DNA of 63,254 nucleotides, counting the filler, from Octopus bimaculoides (Eukaryota): assembly GCF_001194135.2 (NCBI RefSeq). It is 5 parts of 5 records of this genome, joined end to end, with 100 filler letters (N's around TTAATTAATTAA, not from the genome) between each part and the next. Parts side by side here need not be neighbours in the genome. Positions count along the whole stretch, not along the records: positions 1 to 22,925 come from NC_068984.1; 4 more parts are not named here. One strand, written 5' to 3'. Position 1 is the stretch's first letter, and the number at the start of each line of letters is the position of its first letter. The notes beneath the pieces were generated by a model. The model searched no databases. It was not told where the DNA came from and saw nothing but the letters and a program-made list of their open reading frames with translations. Positions 1-13,726 of the stretch are shown here, piece by piece. The position numbers and the translations under genes are program-made.

Positions 1-54
1 GTATTTCTCTTCTTTGAATTATTCCTCTTGCTCTTGTTTTGCACGTTCATATCT

Positions 55-59
55 TCGTA

Positions 60-125
<66 letters not shown>

Positions 126-131
126 ATTATT
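55..131. repeat. (TTA)n microsatellite, representative of dozens of di/tri/tetranucleotide repeats (GT, TA, GA, GAT, CAT, AAT, GATA, TACA, GAA) across the window
   Basis: Direct reading. These repeats explain the poly-L, poly-D, CVCV, YIYI, THTH and YLSI ORFs in the track. Confidence 0.98.
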
Positions 132-315
132 ACTATTATCATGCGACTTTTTCCGCATTGCAAGATTACTTTCAAGGTTCCTGAAATCTCTCAATATACA
201 CGTACTTGATACCCAGTACAGCATTAATGTGACCAGCTGCCTAGTAGTCCTAATTATATAATTTGCACTTAATGTGATTACTTTTCTTCATTGTATTATT
301 TTTTTTAATGGGTTA

Positions 316-475
316 GGCGGTGAGCAAGCAGAATCGTTAGAGTGTCGGACAAAACACCTTACGGTGTGTCAACTGACTCATTACATTCGGAGTTTAAATT
401 CCGCCAAGGTCAACTTTGCCTTTTGTCTTTTCGGGGTTGATGAAATTAAGTACCAGTCACGTACTAGGGTCGATG
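316..475 (+). mobile_element. tRNA-derived SINE, family A
   Basis: 'GGCGGTGAGCAAGCAGAATCGTTAG...GAGTTTAAATTCCGCCAAGGTCAACTTTGCC' with a B-box-like motif, ending in a microsatellite. Homologous copies at 9770-9897, 17714-18135, 26238-26370 and 42740-42965. Confidence 0.8.
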
Positions 476-493
476 ATGATGATGATGATGATG

Positions 494-543
<50 letters not shown>

Positions 544-916
544 ATATACAGAGAGAGAGAGAGAGAAAGTTTTTGTTTTCTTCATGTTTTCTTATTGCAG
601 TAATCACGTTCCCCTTGTTTGCCTTTCACTATTTTTCTTGTCCCAATGTCATTAGTTTCTTCAACAGCACACATAGACCTTGTCAACAGATTACCGTCTT
701 CAGAGTAACCGACAGCGTATCTCACCAAACTCTTAGAATGTTTGCAGATTAAAGGATGCCTGTTTGGTATGATGGTAATTATGGTGATGATGGTGGTGGC
801 AATGATGATGTTGATGATGATGATGATATTGAGTAGGCATCATCATAATGATGATGATAGTGACGAAGACGTTAACTGTAGAGGCAGCGACCGTAGTGAC
901 GACGACGACGACGATA

Positions 917-980
<64 letters not shown>

Positions 981-2201
981 GATGATGATGATGATGAAAC
1001 TACCAAAAGTAATGATACGGCATTGTGAGAATTCAACGAGAAGATTGAGACAGATGGTTGGGAATTTTTTCGGATTTTCCTTGGTTGCTGCTTGTTTTTA
1101 TTGTTAATGGCAACCACTAAATGAATAAGTTTTATATAATGTGATTACTTTTCTCTGAATAAAGCTATTTCACTTCACAAACCTAATGTCCCCCAGAAAC
1201 CCAAGAATGCTACCAGGATCACTTTCTCTCTCTCTGTTCCCCCATACTGTTTTCTTTCCCTTCTGCGTGCTCTTTTTTTTTTCTTTTTGCCTAAAATACG
1301 TGGCATTTTGTTTCTGCCTGATTAAAGCAAGAAAAAGCAATTGAATTATATAGCGAGTGAACTGGTTGCTTAAGACGGATGAGACCTCTCACTTTCAATG
1401 TCTCTTTAGTATCTTAGCATAAAAGGAGAAAATGAAAAACGTAAAAGATATGTAGTTAAAGCAAAGTCTGGAAAGAGAATTTAGATTGCGATATTGCTAG
1501 AAATATGTTTAAGCATATCAAGACCTCGTCTCCTTGACAGCAGTTTTACTAATAAATGCACAGTAGTTTTATATAAGAACTTGCAGTGCTTTCTTGAAAT
1601 ATTTTCGCTCAGCATTGGAACTTAACACATCATTAAGGTAACCGTGCAGTAGTACACGTGGTAAGTTCTCTATATGTCGAGTTTGCCAACTAGTTTCTAA
1701 TCCTAAACGAAACCAATTTATTTCACCTTCATCTGTTAATGTTCTTACGAAACACATGGCTGTTACAATTTCCTTTTTCTTTCCTCCAAATATTTGTGAC
1801 GTTTGGATAACATCAAAAAACGATATTTTTCATTGAGGAAACTAAAGCAAAACCTGTTAAAACGACAAGGAGCTGTATTTTATACCCAATGAGATGAGTA
1901 CAGACTGAAAACCCCCCAATCAATATACTAAACTTCATTAGAACACCAGTTTCCTCTTTTAAAATATTTCAGTGAAGTTTATTAATTTTTCAGCGATATT
2001 AAAGTCTTTTAACATTTATTAGTAAAATGTCATTACTTTTCATGGTTCCTAGAACCTTTTAACATACACTAGAGAGCTTTCATGGTTTAAGATTACCTGA
2101 AAGTTCCGTAAACACTAGAGCTCATTTGTTTATTAGACGACCCTATATATATATTAGTGCTTGAGTGTATATAGAGTGGAGTTGGTCTTCAAACCCCATT
2201 C

Positions 2202-2462
2202 GTGGCTAGCCAACTTAGCAGCATTACTTTAGTTGATCTGTTGGAAAGAAGAGGGTTGGTTTGCGTAACGTTTTTTGAAACCAAGCCATATGTTTTTGGA
2301 TCAAAGAAATTCAATTTATGCGTGGCAGAAAGATCACATATTCTTTTTAGATCCAAGAATTTCACCACACTACTTAATTCCAGATCTGAAATTTTTAGCA
2401 GTTGCAAACACATAGGTTTGTTTTTGGGAACTGGAGGGCACCACCTGCTCTGGATTGAGTAA
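2202..2462 (+). mobile_element. Penelope-like element, decayed C-terminal coding fragment
   Basis: Translation 'TKPYVFGSKKFNLCVAERSHILFRSKNFTTLLNSRSEIFSSCKH' matches the PLE C-terminal pattern PY..GSK.CNLCL.EK..IL.....LLN.RSE....C.H as I recall it. A hammerhead-like motif follows at 3227-3349. Confidence 0.7.
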
Positions 2463-2661
2463 GTTGTCTCGCATAGTTTGGTATCTTTTCTGTAATATTG
2501 GTCTGCACCAGCTGCATTAATTGCGGTTTCTGTAATCAAGGATGACGGGGATCTTGATTTTCTTGCTCCTCTTCTCTTTTCTTTCTTCACGTCCCACTTT
2601 TTGCATCAACTTTCTTCACGTTTTCTTCCTTCTCGTTTTGTTTTTTCTCATTTTCTCACAT

Positions 2662-2942
2662 GCTAGTTAATATTTATCCAAAAACAAAACCGTAGGGTTC
2701 TTATAATGGTGTACATACTGAAATATTGTAGAGACCACCACCTGTTGTCCGCAGTGGAATTGACCAAATCTGTCCATCTCTACAATTGGATATTTACGTT
2801 TGTCCTTCGTTCAAATATAATTGACCAATTGTATAGACGGATAGACTTTGGTTAATTCCATTGCGGACAACAGGTGGTGGTCTCAACAGTATTTCAGTAA
2901 TAAGATCCCTAGGGTTTTGCTTTTGGATAAATATTAACTAGC
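2662..2942. mobile_element. ~280 bp foldback/MITE-like element (near-complete palindrome)
   Basis: Left arm GCTAGTTAATATTTATCCAAAA...GAGACCACCACCTGTTGTCCGCAGTGGAATTGACCAAA mirrors right arm TTTGGTTAATTCCATTGCGGACAACAGGTGGTGGTCTC...TTTTGGATAAATATTAACTAGC. Confidence 0.85.
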
Positions 2943-3226
2943 CCTATTTACGATAACATAAGTACTATTCTTTGTCTAGACATATTGGTAATTCTTGTCT
3001 TATTTTAGTACTAACTTCATTTGACTACTATTCAAACACCTTGGTTGCCCCTTTATATAGAAATAACCTGTAAATATTTCCCTAGATCACTGCTAGTTCG
3101 TTCTTTGGCCTATCGACTTCAAAGCTCCACGCTGCTAGATGGTATGATTTTAATATATTGAGCCTTCTCGAGGCCCTGTTCTTTCCTTTTCCCTCTTCTC
3201 TTCGTTTATTTTATTTTACACATTTG

Positions 3227-3349
3227 TATTCACTCTGATGAAGCTCCATGTACTAGATCGAATGTGCTATGAAGATGACGAATATCATTTTCGGAATTTC
3301 TTTTGTAAGCACCGACTAACATTGGAAGCGGAAACGGCCGTAAGAAATA
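3227..3349 (+). ncRNA. Type I hammerhead-ribozyme-like motif (probably decayed), Penelope-associated
   Basis: CTGATGA at 3235, then A-GCTCC...GGAAGC-G, GAAAC-GGCC-GTA at 3331-3342, and an imperfect helix I (TATTCACT / AGAAATA). Confidence 0.5.
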
Positions 3350-3474
3350 ATCAACCGATGTTGTTCAATTTGTTTGTTTGTTGATCAAAAGTTTTCTCCG
3401 TTTCCTGATTATTTAAATTATATATATNNNNNNNNNNNNNNNNNNNNNNNNNNNNNNNNNNNNNNNNNNNNNNN

Positions 3475-3507
<33 letters not shown>

Positions 3508-4961
3508 GTATTCTCTCCTCAATAACCCAAGTTCAACCATACTTTGCTCCAAGCGGGTTGGTACGTATCCAGTTGCTGCAATAATAACAATCATAAAGCT
3601 AAAAGTGTATCTCGAGAACCGGATTGACAAACAATTTCTCAGTATGTATGTATATTAATATATTTCAGACGATGGTATATAATTTGAGGGAGATGTGGTC
3701 GCTATTCCTCGCTGGCTGGTCTACGATGTCTTGATCATAGTATACCTTGTGTCAAGGACGGGATAACCAAACCGCCGAGCACTCTACTTCTTGCCAACTA
3801 TTAACGATTTTAACATCACGGCCATCTTAGTTCTCTCACAGAGCTCACGTGAACGAACACTTTAAATAAATGAAACACGCATACAATAAAGACTCAGAAC
3901 AAACAAGGGAAAAATGTATGATATTTATTATTATAATTATTAATATTATCATTTTGTTTATACTTATTTACCGAATTAAAAAAATAAATAAATAGATAAT
4001 ATCCGTTGTTTACTTTTTTGAAAGGATTATCAATGGTGGGAGTAAGAGACAAGGGGGAAGGTTGCATTCAATTGAAAATAGTTTAAAGTATTANNNNNNN
4101 NNNNNNNNNNNNNNNNNNNNNNNNNNNNNNNNNNNNNNNNNNNNNNNNNNNNNNNNNNNNNNNNNNNNNNNNNNNNNNNNNNNNNNNNNNNNNNNNNNNN
4201 NNNNNNNNNNNNNNNNNNNNNNNNNNNNNNNNNNNNNNNNNNNNNNNNNNNNNNNNNNNNNNNNNNNNNNNNNNNNNNNNNNNNNNNNNNNNNNNNNNNN
4301 NNNNNNNNNNNNNNNNNNNNNNNNNNNNNNNNNNNNNNNNNNNNNNNNNNNNNNNNNNNNNNNNNNNNNNNNNNNNNNNNNNNNNNNNNNNNNNNNNNNN
4401 NNNNNNNNNNNNNNNNNNNNNNNNNNNNNNNNNNNNNNNNNNNNNNNNNNNNNNNNNNNNNNNNNNNNNNNNNNNNNNNNNNNNNNNNNNNNNNNNNNNN
4501 NNNNNNNNNNNNNNNNNNNNNNNNNNNNNNNNNNNNNNNNNNNNNNNNNNNNNNNNNNNNNNNNNNNNNNNNNNNNNNNNNNNNNNNNNNNNNNNNNNNN
4601 NNNNNNNNNNNNNNNNNNNNNNNNNNNNNNNNNNNNNNNNNNNNNNNNNNNNNNNNNNNNNNNNNNNNNNNNNNNNNNNNNNNNNNNNNNNNNNNNNNNN
4701 NNNNNNNNNNNNNNNNNNNNNNNNNNNNNNNNNNNNNNNNNNNNNNNNNNNNNNNNNNNNNNNNNNNNNNNNNNNNNNNNNNNNNNNNNNNNNNNNNNNN
4801 NNNNNNNNNNNNNNNNNNNNNNNNNNNNNNNNNNNNNNNNNNNNNNNNNNNNNNNNNNNNNNNNNNNNNNNNNNNNNNNNNNNNNNNNNNNNNNNNNNNN
4901 NNNNNNNNNNNNNNNNNNNNNNNNNNNNNNNNNNNNNNNNNNNNNNNNNNNNNNNNNNNNN

Positions 4962-5054
<93 letters not shown>

Positions 5055-5221
5055 ATATATATAATGAATATGTGGTATGACATGCAATATATGTTTGTTT
5101 CTCTTGGTTCCTCAAATATATAGAGACAGAATGTTACATATACCCACATGCAATTATGTATATACATATACATACACATACAAATACATACACACATACA
5201 CATACATATATATATATATAT

Positions 5222-5270
<49 letters not shown>

Positions 5271-5271
5271 C

Positions 5272-5332
<61 letters not shown>

Positions 5333-5554
5333 CAGATATATAATATATATAGATATATGTATACATATCTATATATATACATTTATACTTCCATATACTC
5401 ACACATACAGAAATGTACCGACATATCTTTCCATTATTATGAGCTTATAGTTATGTGTACCTGTGTATTTATGTATTTATGTAGATACCTGTCTACCTGC
5501 CTACATACATACATACACACACACACACGCAATTAAGCATTTAGGTATGTATGA

Positions 5555-5609
<55 letters not shown>

Positions 5610-5724
5610 GTAAGAATTTAGACAATATACATGTGTCTGTGTGTGTACATACATAAATAGGTATACATACACAAACACTATATATGCAAATGTGTGTACA
5701 TGTTTGCGTGTGTGTGTGTGCGTG

Positions 5725-5760
<36 letters not shown>

Positions 5761-6278
5761 GAGTAGGTACANNNNNNNNNNGTGTGTGTGTGTGTGTGTT
5801 GAGTAGGTACATGTCCATTTGCTATTTGCGAAAGTTGAAGTTCTTTCCATACGTTTTCTTCGGTGTTCAAATATGATGTTGAGAATATTAAGGCTCTTGG
5901 CAGTTATGAAATGTTTTTATGAGCATATCAATCAGTTTAGTGAGTTTATATAATTGCTATATCATAGTGTTGCTGCTGCTGCTGTTGTTGTTGTTGTTGT
6001 TTTGTGGCTGACAGCACTCTCAGCAGTTGCATTGATTAATGTACATTTAAATATACATGTATCTGAATAAGTTTTGCAATGTACCAGTGCGTGTACATGT
6101 GTATGTGTGTGTGTATTCGTGTGTGTATGTGTGTGTGTATGATAATATGAAATTGTATATATGCAATGCATATATGCACGTTTTGATATTTTTAAGTAAG
6201 CACACACAGACACTCACACACATATATGTGTGTGTGTATATATATGTATGTATGTATTTGTATGTATGCGTGTGTATG

Positions 6279-6340
<62 letters not shown>

Positions 6341-6895
6341 TATAAATTTATGTGTGTCTGTAGAAATATACATACTACATATCGCTACCCCTAGAAGAAA
6401 GAAAACTGAATATATATGAGTGGTGTATGTCTTTATTGACGTAAATGAAAGTACAATTCCTGGCCAGTTTCATTTCAAAAACAGTTTTCGTCTCAAAGGG
6501 AATCATCGGACTGGTTCTCTTTGAGATTAAACTTGTCAGTCACTGTGACGAATTCTACCTTCAGCCCCTCATCTCTATATATACACATCCGCACAGAACC
6601 TTCCAGATATACATACATATGTACATACATACATACATACATACATACAAACATACATACATACATGCATGCATATATACATACATTTCAAAATGCAAAG
6701 AGCCCAAAAAGGTTCTCTTTTTCTTCTAAAATCTTGGTAAGGAATTTGTTTTTATTCTTTTAACCGAAATAGAAGAATTATATATTTTCACCTAAAAATT
6801 TAATTTGCATTCTTATTTATAGTTAATATTTGCTTCCCAGCATTGAAGTGGCCTATAAAACACTCTTGTGTATATACTTGGCAATACTTCTAGCA

Positions 6896-6937
<42 letters not shown>

Positions 6938-7805
6938 GGGGAGAGAGAGACAAAATTCAAATTTAGGGTTCAGCAAACATTGCTTTACCACACACCAAAA
7001 ATTAGAAATAGCAGCCATGGTAGAGNNNNNNNNNNNNNNNNNNNNNNNNNNNNNNNNNNNNNNNNNNNNNNNNNNNNNNNNNNNNNNNNNNNNNNNNNNN
7101 NNNNNNNNNNNNNNNNNNNNNNNNNNNNNNNNNNNNNNNNNNNNNNNNNNNNNNNNNNNNNNNNNNNNNNNNNNNNNNNNNNNNNNNNNNNNNNNNNNNN
7201 NNNNNNNNNNNNNNNNNNNNNNNNNNNNNNNNNNNNNNNNNNNNNNNNNNNNNNNNNNNNNNNNNNNNNNNNNNNNNNNNNNNNNNNNNNNNNNNNNNNN
7301 NNNNNNNNNNNNNNNNNNNNNNNNNNNNNNNNNNNNNNNNNNNNNNNNNNNNNNNNNNNNNNNNNNNNNNNNNNNNNNNNNNNNNNNNNNNNNNNNNNNN
7401 NNNNNNNNNNNNNNNNNNNNNNNNNNNNNNNNNNNNNNNNNNNNNNNNNNNNNNNNNNNNNNNNNNNNNNNNNNNNNNNNNNNNNNNNNNNNNNNNNNNN
7501 NNNNNNNNNNNNNNNNNNNNNNNNNNNNNNNNNNNNNNNNNNNNNNNNNNNNNNNNNNNNNNNNNNNNNNNNNTATATATATATATATAAATGATATTTG
7601 GTCGAGTGAAATCATGACCGACGATTAAGGAGAGAAATAACAGAGTTCTTCAAGCCGCCATGTTGAAATTATAATTCAAATTGTGTTCAGTTTTAATCCA
7701 ACGTGGTAGCCCGGCGAACTACAAAGTTTTTGGCATGAAAGAAGTGAAGTACATGTAGACTTCGGGATTAGTTTCAATTGACCTAGTATACAACTAACGT
7801 GCGCG

Positions 7806-7854
<49 letters not shown>

Positions 7855-8131
7855 ACACGCACATACACATTATAAAATGTCAGCGTATCTTATTGGTGTT
7901 AGTATGTTTGTGCGTGCATATGCGTACAACAATCATATATTTTGCTAATTCAAAGTGCATTAAACGCTTATAGATGCATTTTATGCGCGTATGCACAATA
8001 AACGTATGTATGTAAATATATATGTATACACGTATGTATATATATATGTATGTATACATATATATGTGTATATACATACATATATATATATATGTGTGTA
8101 TTATATATATATATATGTATTTATATATGTA

Positions 8132-8164
<33 letters not shown>

Positions 8165-9482
8165 NNNNNNNNNNNNNNNNNNNNNNNNNNNNNNNNNNNN
8201 NNNNNNNNNNNNNNNNNNNNNNNNNNNNNNNNNNNNNNNNNNNNNNNNNNNNNNNNNNNNNNNNNNNNNNNNNNNNNNNNNNNNNNNNNNNNNNNNNNNN
8301 NNNNNNNNNNNNNNNNNNNNNNNNNNNNNNNNNNNNNNNNNNNNNNNNNNNNNNNNNNNNNNNNNNNNNNNNNNNNNNNNNNNNNNNNNNNNNNNNNNNN
8401 NNNNNNNNNNNNNNNNNNNNNNNNNNNNNNNNNNNNNNNNNNNNNNNNNNNNNNNNNNNNNNNNNNNNNNNNNNNNNNNNNNNNNNNNNNNNNNNNNNNN
8501 NNNNNNNNNNNNNNNNNNNNNNNNNNNNNNNNNNNNNNNNNNNNNNNNNNNNNNNNNNNNNNNNNNNNNNNNNNNNNNNNNNNNNNNNNNNNNNNNNNNN
8601 NNNNNNNNNNNNNNNNNNNNNNNNNNNNNNNNNNNNNNNNNNNNNNNNNNNNNNNNNNNNNNNNNNNNNNNNNNNNNNNNNNNNNNNNNNNNNNNNNNNN
8701 NNNNNNNNNNNNNNNNNNNNNNNNNNNNNNNNNNNNNNNNNNNNNNNNNNNNNNNNNNNNNNNNNNNNNNNNNNNNNNNNNNNNNNNNNNNTTTTTTTCG
8801 TCCAAATGTAGTATACCAAGGATTACGTTACCGAATGCATCCTTCCTTTTTAAAGATGGTATTGTACAATAAGATGGAAATTTGTCTGCTGTTGCGAGCA
8901 GATCGAGCGACCTTATAGTGGTCCCCTCGATGGCTCAGTATTTGCAGCAGTTATTATTTGTTTCAGGGCTCTAGTGATTGTGTGGTAAGGGTCGGTGGTA
9001 TTTGACAGTGGTGATGATAGTGCTGGTGGTGGTGGTGGTGGTGGTCATCGTGCTGTTTGGTAGAAGGTTTAGTTGGTACGATTACCGTGGTACTGGTGTT
9101 AGTTGTAATTATTTTGACATTGTCATCTGTCCTACGTAGAGGCCTTTTGTAAATGCTACAGTAGTTGTATTTAGTAATGGTAGTTATTGAGCTGGAAAAT
9201 AGTAGTTAGTAAGTTAGGAGTTGGTAATGGTCATAGAACTGATCATTGGCAGTGGTTGCAGTGCTGGGTAGTAATAGTAGTAGCTGTTCTAGTAGTGTTA
9301 ATTGTAATAGTAAGAGAGTTTGTAGTTGTAGTAGTAGTTGTTGTAACAGTTGTGAGAAGTAGTGATTTTTGATAGTAGTCCTACTATCTGTTGATTGCCA
9401 AAGGTGAAAATAGTGTATGGTTGGTTGGTTGATTGGTTGGTTGGTTGGTTTGTTGATATGCTCAAAACTGGCTTGTTAGTAA

Positions 9483-9676
9483 TCAGTTGTAGGAAGTCAC
9501 GTGGCTTTCAAAAGCGTAGATGATCGCTGTAAAGAAGCTAACCACACATGCCCCGACTCCCAGCCAAAATGACCAACAAATCATGGCTTGTGAGCTCTCG
9601 TTCCAAGTGATGGCCGCGTCGTATTTTTTATTCATGGCGATTCCATAGATTACAAGGCCGATCGACATAAAAACCA
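9483..9676 (-). CDS. Terminal coding exon of a claudin/PMP22/EMP-like tetraspan membrane protein
   Basis: Polypyrimidine tract plus TTTGCAG acceptor (AG at 9678-9677), phase 1. Encodes (V)VFMSIGLVIYGIAMNKKYDAAITWNESSQAMICWSFWLGVGACVVSFFTAIIYAFESHVTSYN* (TM3, loop, WSFWLG motif, TM4). TGA at 9485-9483. Confidence 0.85.
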
Positions 9677-9769
9677 CTGCAAAGAGAGAAAAAAGAAAAC
9701 AATGGCAATAAAAATGTGAAACAGTATAAACTGGTGAAGATAAATAATTTTCAATTTTCGCCACAAGGC

Positions 9770-9897
9770 CAACAGTTTTGAGGGAGCGGGTAAGTCGATA
9801 AATTCAACCTCAGCGGCATTTGAACTCAGAATGTAACGACGGACGAAATGCCACTAAGCATTTTGCCCAGCGTGCTAACAATTCTGCCAGCTCACCT
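9770..9897 (-). mobile_element. SINE family A copy
   Basis: Reverse complement reads GGTGAGCTGGCAGAATTGTTAGCACGCTGGGCAAAATGCTTAGTGGC...TTCTGAGTTCAAATGCCGCTGAGG. Confidence 0.8.
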
Positions 9898-9924
9898 AAC
9901 AACAACAACAACAACAACAACAAC

Positions 9925-9978
<54 letters not shown>

Positions 9979-10019
9979 CCTTTTCCTATAGGCACAAGGC
10001 CTGGAATTTGGGAGAAGGG

Positions 10020-12170
10020 AGTGAAAAGGTGTCTGGCGTCTTCAAATAAACAATGCTAAGAGTAGGTTGAGTTCGTTAGCCTTGGATGACAAAGAGACTA
10101 CAAGGGTCACTCTGACACCAAAGCCAGGGGAGCAAGACCTCTTTCGCTCTGATGGGCAACCTTACTAGAGGTGGTGTCTCAATAAAAATACTGGTTGGTG
10201 GCAACTTAATAGCACACCTCATTTACGAGTGAAAATGTTAAAGAAATCAGCTAAGGTGCCGCACCTGGCAGGTATCCCATTGTGCAGCAGGATGGGCCCA
10301 GTTGTAATCTAATAACTGTTAATCATGCAGCGAGGCAAAAGTGGAGTAAACAAATAAACATAATGGTTATGGAGTGTTGCTTTCGGAGCATGCCAGTAGA
10401 TGCAAATAGCGTACCAGTCAGAGGATACAGATAATGAATGCACAGAGAATGGAAAGGGATGAAGCTCTCTGAAATCACAGAATAGAGATTATGTGATCAA
10501 GCATGAGCAATACGAAAGAATGGGTGATCGTCAGAGTTGGAGTTAGAAGCTATCAAAAGAAGGATGTCTGGGGATGTTGAGGATATGAGAAATGAAAGTG
10601 ACATAATGGAAGAAATGGACGTCAGTAGTGAAAGAAGTGAGATAAGAGAACAATTAAACGGTGAAAATTAAATGATAATGAACAGGGTTGTGGATCTATT
10701 AAATGCAAAAGGGACAGAATTTATGTGTGACTTCAAGAAGGCTGATCAATGGAGACTAAATCAAGAAACAAGTGAAGTCAATAATGTATTGAAATGGATT
10801 GAAACAAAGAACATCTCACAAGCAAACTCATCAAGCGAACTTTAAGTTAATTGCAATATGTTTGAGACATATTTCAACTTCTAAAGGCAAATCCACTGCA
10901 GTTAATGAGGGGAAAAAATCTCTATGGCAAAATGTTATTTTAGATTTGCCTTTAGAAGTTGAAATATTTCACAAACACATTTCAACTAAAGTTCGCTTAT
11001 AACTAAACTCTGCTTGGCGCTGTTACTGCTGAAACTCGAGGCTGCAAGTAAGACTGTTGCAGAAAGGATGGGACTGAAGATCAATGAGAACAGAACTTTG
11101 ACGGAAAGAAAAGGAAATAAACAACCTTGGTGGAAAAGAAGAATATACAGGAAGAAGTATAATGTCAATACTTGACAGAAAGAGAGAAGTAGAATAGAAA
11201 TTGAAAGTAGAAGTAAATTTGAAAAATTGAAGTATGGTGTTGATGCAAAAAGACTGTATGTTTTTATTGAAGAGCTGAAGCAGTGCATACTTGCGAAGAA
11301 AGCAAAACTAAATAGGTTTGGGCAACGGATTAAACAAGGCCGGCAATACTGGTTGTTTTACAATCGACCAAAAAACATTTTATCAAGAAATTTATGATGA
11401 TTTATGCGAAAAATTAGTTCCTGATACTGATGAAAGTCGATAGTTTTGGGATAAGATATGGAGTAAGCAAAAACAACATAGTACTGGAGCTGAAAAGTTT
11501 TGCAGTCTGAAGCAAAGAGCTTCTTATCCCCAGCAAAAAAGCTTTCCTCTTTACCGAAGACGTTATCAGAAATATGAAAAAGATGACGAATTGGAAAGCA
11601 GAAAGATCTGGTGGTGTACAGGGATTTTGGTTTAAAATATTCAGTAGGTGTCATAAATTGATTGCAGAACAATCTAATGCATTGATTGATGGAGCAGAAG
11701 AAATTCCAGGGTCGTCGACTAAAGGACGAACGATGTTGTGTTTGAAGGATATACGGAAAGGAAATGCTGCCGACAGTTACAGGCCAATTGCTTGCTTTCC
11801 ACTGGTGTGGTAGTTACTGTCAGGAGAGATTGCAAAAACGTACAAATTTCTTGATGATAATGACACTTTATCAAAGGAAAAGAGTGCTGTAGATAGAAAT
11901 GCATAGATACCAAAGACCAATTACTGATAAACGAAATGGTAATACAAAATTGTAAGCGAAGCAGGACAAATCTGGGAATGACCTGGATTGATTACCGCAA
12001 AGCTTACAGTATGATTCCACATTCGTGGATCATTGAGTGCTTAGATCTGTTTGGAATTGCCAGGAATGTAACGTGTTTTCTGAAGAGAAGTATGGTGGGT
12101 TTAAAAACTGAGTTGACATCGTGCGGACAAAGTTTGGGCACTCTAAGCATCAAGAGATTCTCAGAGATCT
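10020..12170 (+). mobile_element. Decayed, 3'-truncated R4/Dong-like (restriction-endonuclease-type) non-LTR retrotransposon
   Basis: N-terminal 'RQKWSKQINIMVMECCFRS...RLCDQA*AIRKNG' motif. RT blocks 'NWKA...GFWFK', 'GRTMLCLKD..KGNAADSYRPIACFPLVW' and 'NLGMTWIDYRKAYSMIPHSWIIECL'. Many stops and frameshifts. Confidence 0.8.
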
Positions 12171-13204
12171 GTATTTTACGCAGAATTTTCAACCCATATA
12201 CGCTTAAAACTTATACAGTTCATATGTAAATATCTTCTCACCATTCTACTGGTCCCATCTCGGTACACAACTATCCCAACCCTACTTTTTGGGTAGTGAA
12301 CTTAATCTGTCGCCCGGTCTCACATTGCTATCTGGTTCTTGAGTGCCTTTTCTTCTTTCCTTGCTTGCTTGCTTGCTTGCTTCCTTCCTTCCTTCTTTCC
12401 TTCCTTCCTTATTTCCTTCCTTCCTTCCTTCCTTCTTTCCTGCCCACAAGTCTTCCTCACATTACAAAATACGATCTTAAGCAAAAGGAGAGCCAATGCT
12501 TGAAAAATTGGATGGCCATGACTGGAATAGCTTTGTTCATTGATATATTCTTTCAGGGATCGCCATGTACCATACAGTTGCACCAGTAAGCAATCTATGC
12601 GGTGTCACGTATTCTCTTTGACATAGCAGCCATATCTCCCTGAAGTTACTGTATCATCCTAGAAATGAGGACAGGCCAAACCAATGAGGGCATCTACATG
12701 TTGTCGCTCGACCTTCTAAACGTAGCTGCCAAATCTCTTACGGATCGTATCCTGACCTCATAAAAAAATGGTGGGAAAGGAGGACACATTAAATGACGTA
12801 GTCCTACCAGTTTCGTGATATGATGTCCACAGCCGAAACACCCTTGGCTATTGGTCAACTCAATCAGAAATAATCTCCTGGGGCAAAACAGAAATATCAG
12901 CAACAACAACAGAAACGGAAACAACGATTTATTTAGTGTTTCATTCCATCAGTAACGTTTTGCCAGATTGTTAAAAATGTTGTATAAATTAGTAAATAGA
13001 TAAGAACATAGTACTTAACCATAGCGATAAACAATGAAAAATGTATGAGACATTTAATAGAAGAAGATAACAAAAATGAACAGAATAAGAAGCAAAAGGG
13101 AGAAAAGATTTCTTAGTCAAAATCTAAGTATGTACGCGCGTGTGCGAGGAAATGCATGTGCACGCGTGTGTGTGTGTGACTGAGAGGGAGAGAAAGAGTA
13201 GAGC

Positions 13205-13239
<35 letters not shown>

Positions 13240-13692
13240 TAGAGCGAGAGAGAGAGAGAGTAGAGCGAGAGAGAGAGAGAGTAGAGCGAGAGAGAGAGAG
13301 AGNNNNNNNNNNNNNNNNNNNNNNNNNNNNNNNNNNNNNNNNNNNNNNNNNNNNNNNNNNNNNNNNNNNNNNNNNNNNNNNNNNNNNNNNNNNNNNNNNN
13401 NNNNNNNNNNNNNNNNNNNNNNNNNNNNNNNNNNNNNNNNNNNNNNNNNNNNNNNNNNNNNNNNNNNNNNNNNNNNNNNNNNNNNNNNNNNNNNNNNNNN
13501 NNNNNNNNNNNNNNNNNNNNNNNNNNNNNNNGAGAGAGAGAGCGAGAGAGAGAGAGTTTTGTGTATGTGTATGCGCTTTTATTCGTCTGAGTATGTGTAT
13601 GTGTGCGTACGTGCGTACGCGTTTTTGCGAATTTCTGTTTATTTATGTGTGTGTGTGTGTGTGTGTGTGTTTGTGTGTGCGCGCGCGCGAGC

Positions 13693-13726
<34 letters not shown>

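Noticed and set aside
1569-1757. 62-aa minus ORF of natural-looking composition
   Set aside because: No recognisable motif and no convincing splice-site pair.
7590-7760. GCCGCCATGTTG (YY1-like) and ACTACAA motifs suggesting a promoter
   Set aside because: Isolated short motifs with no linked exon; the minus-strand ATG is followed by a stop after three codons.
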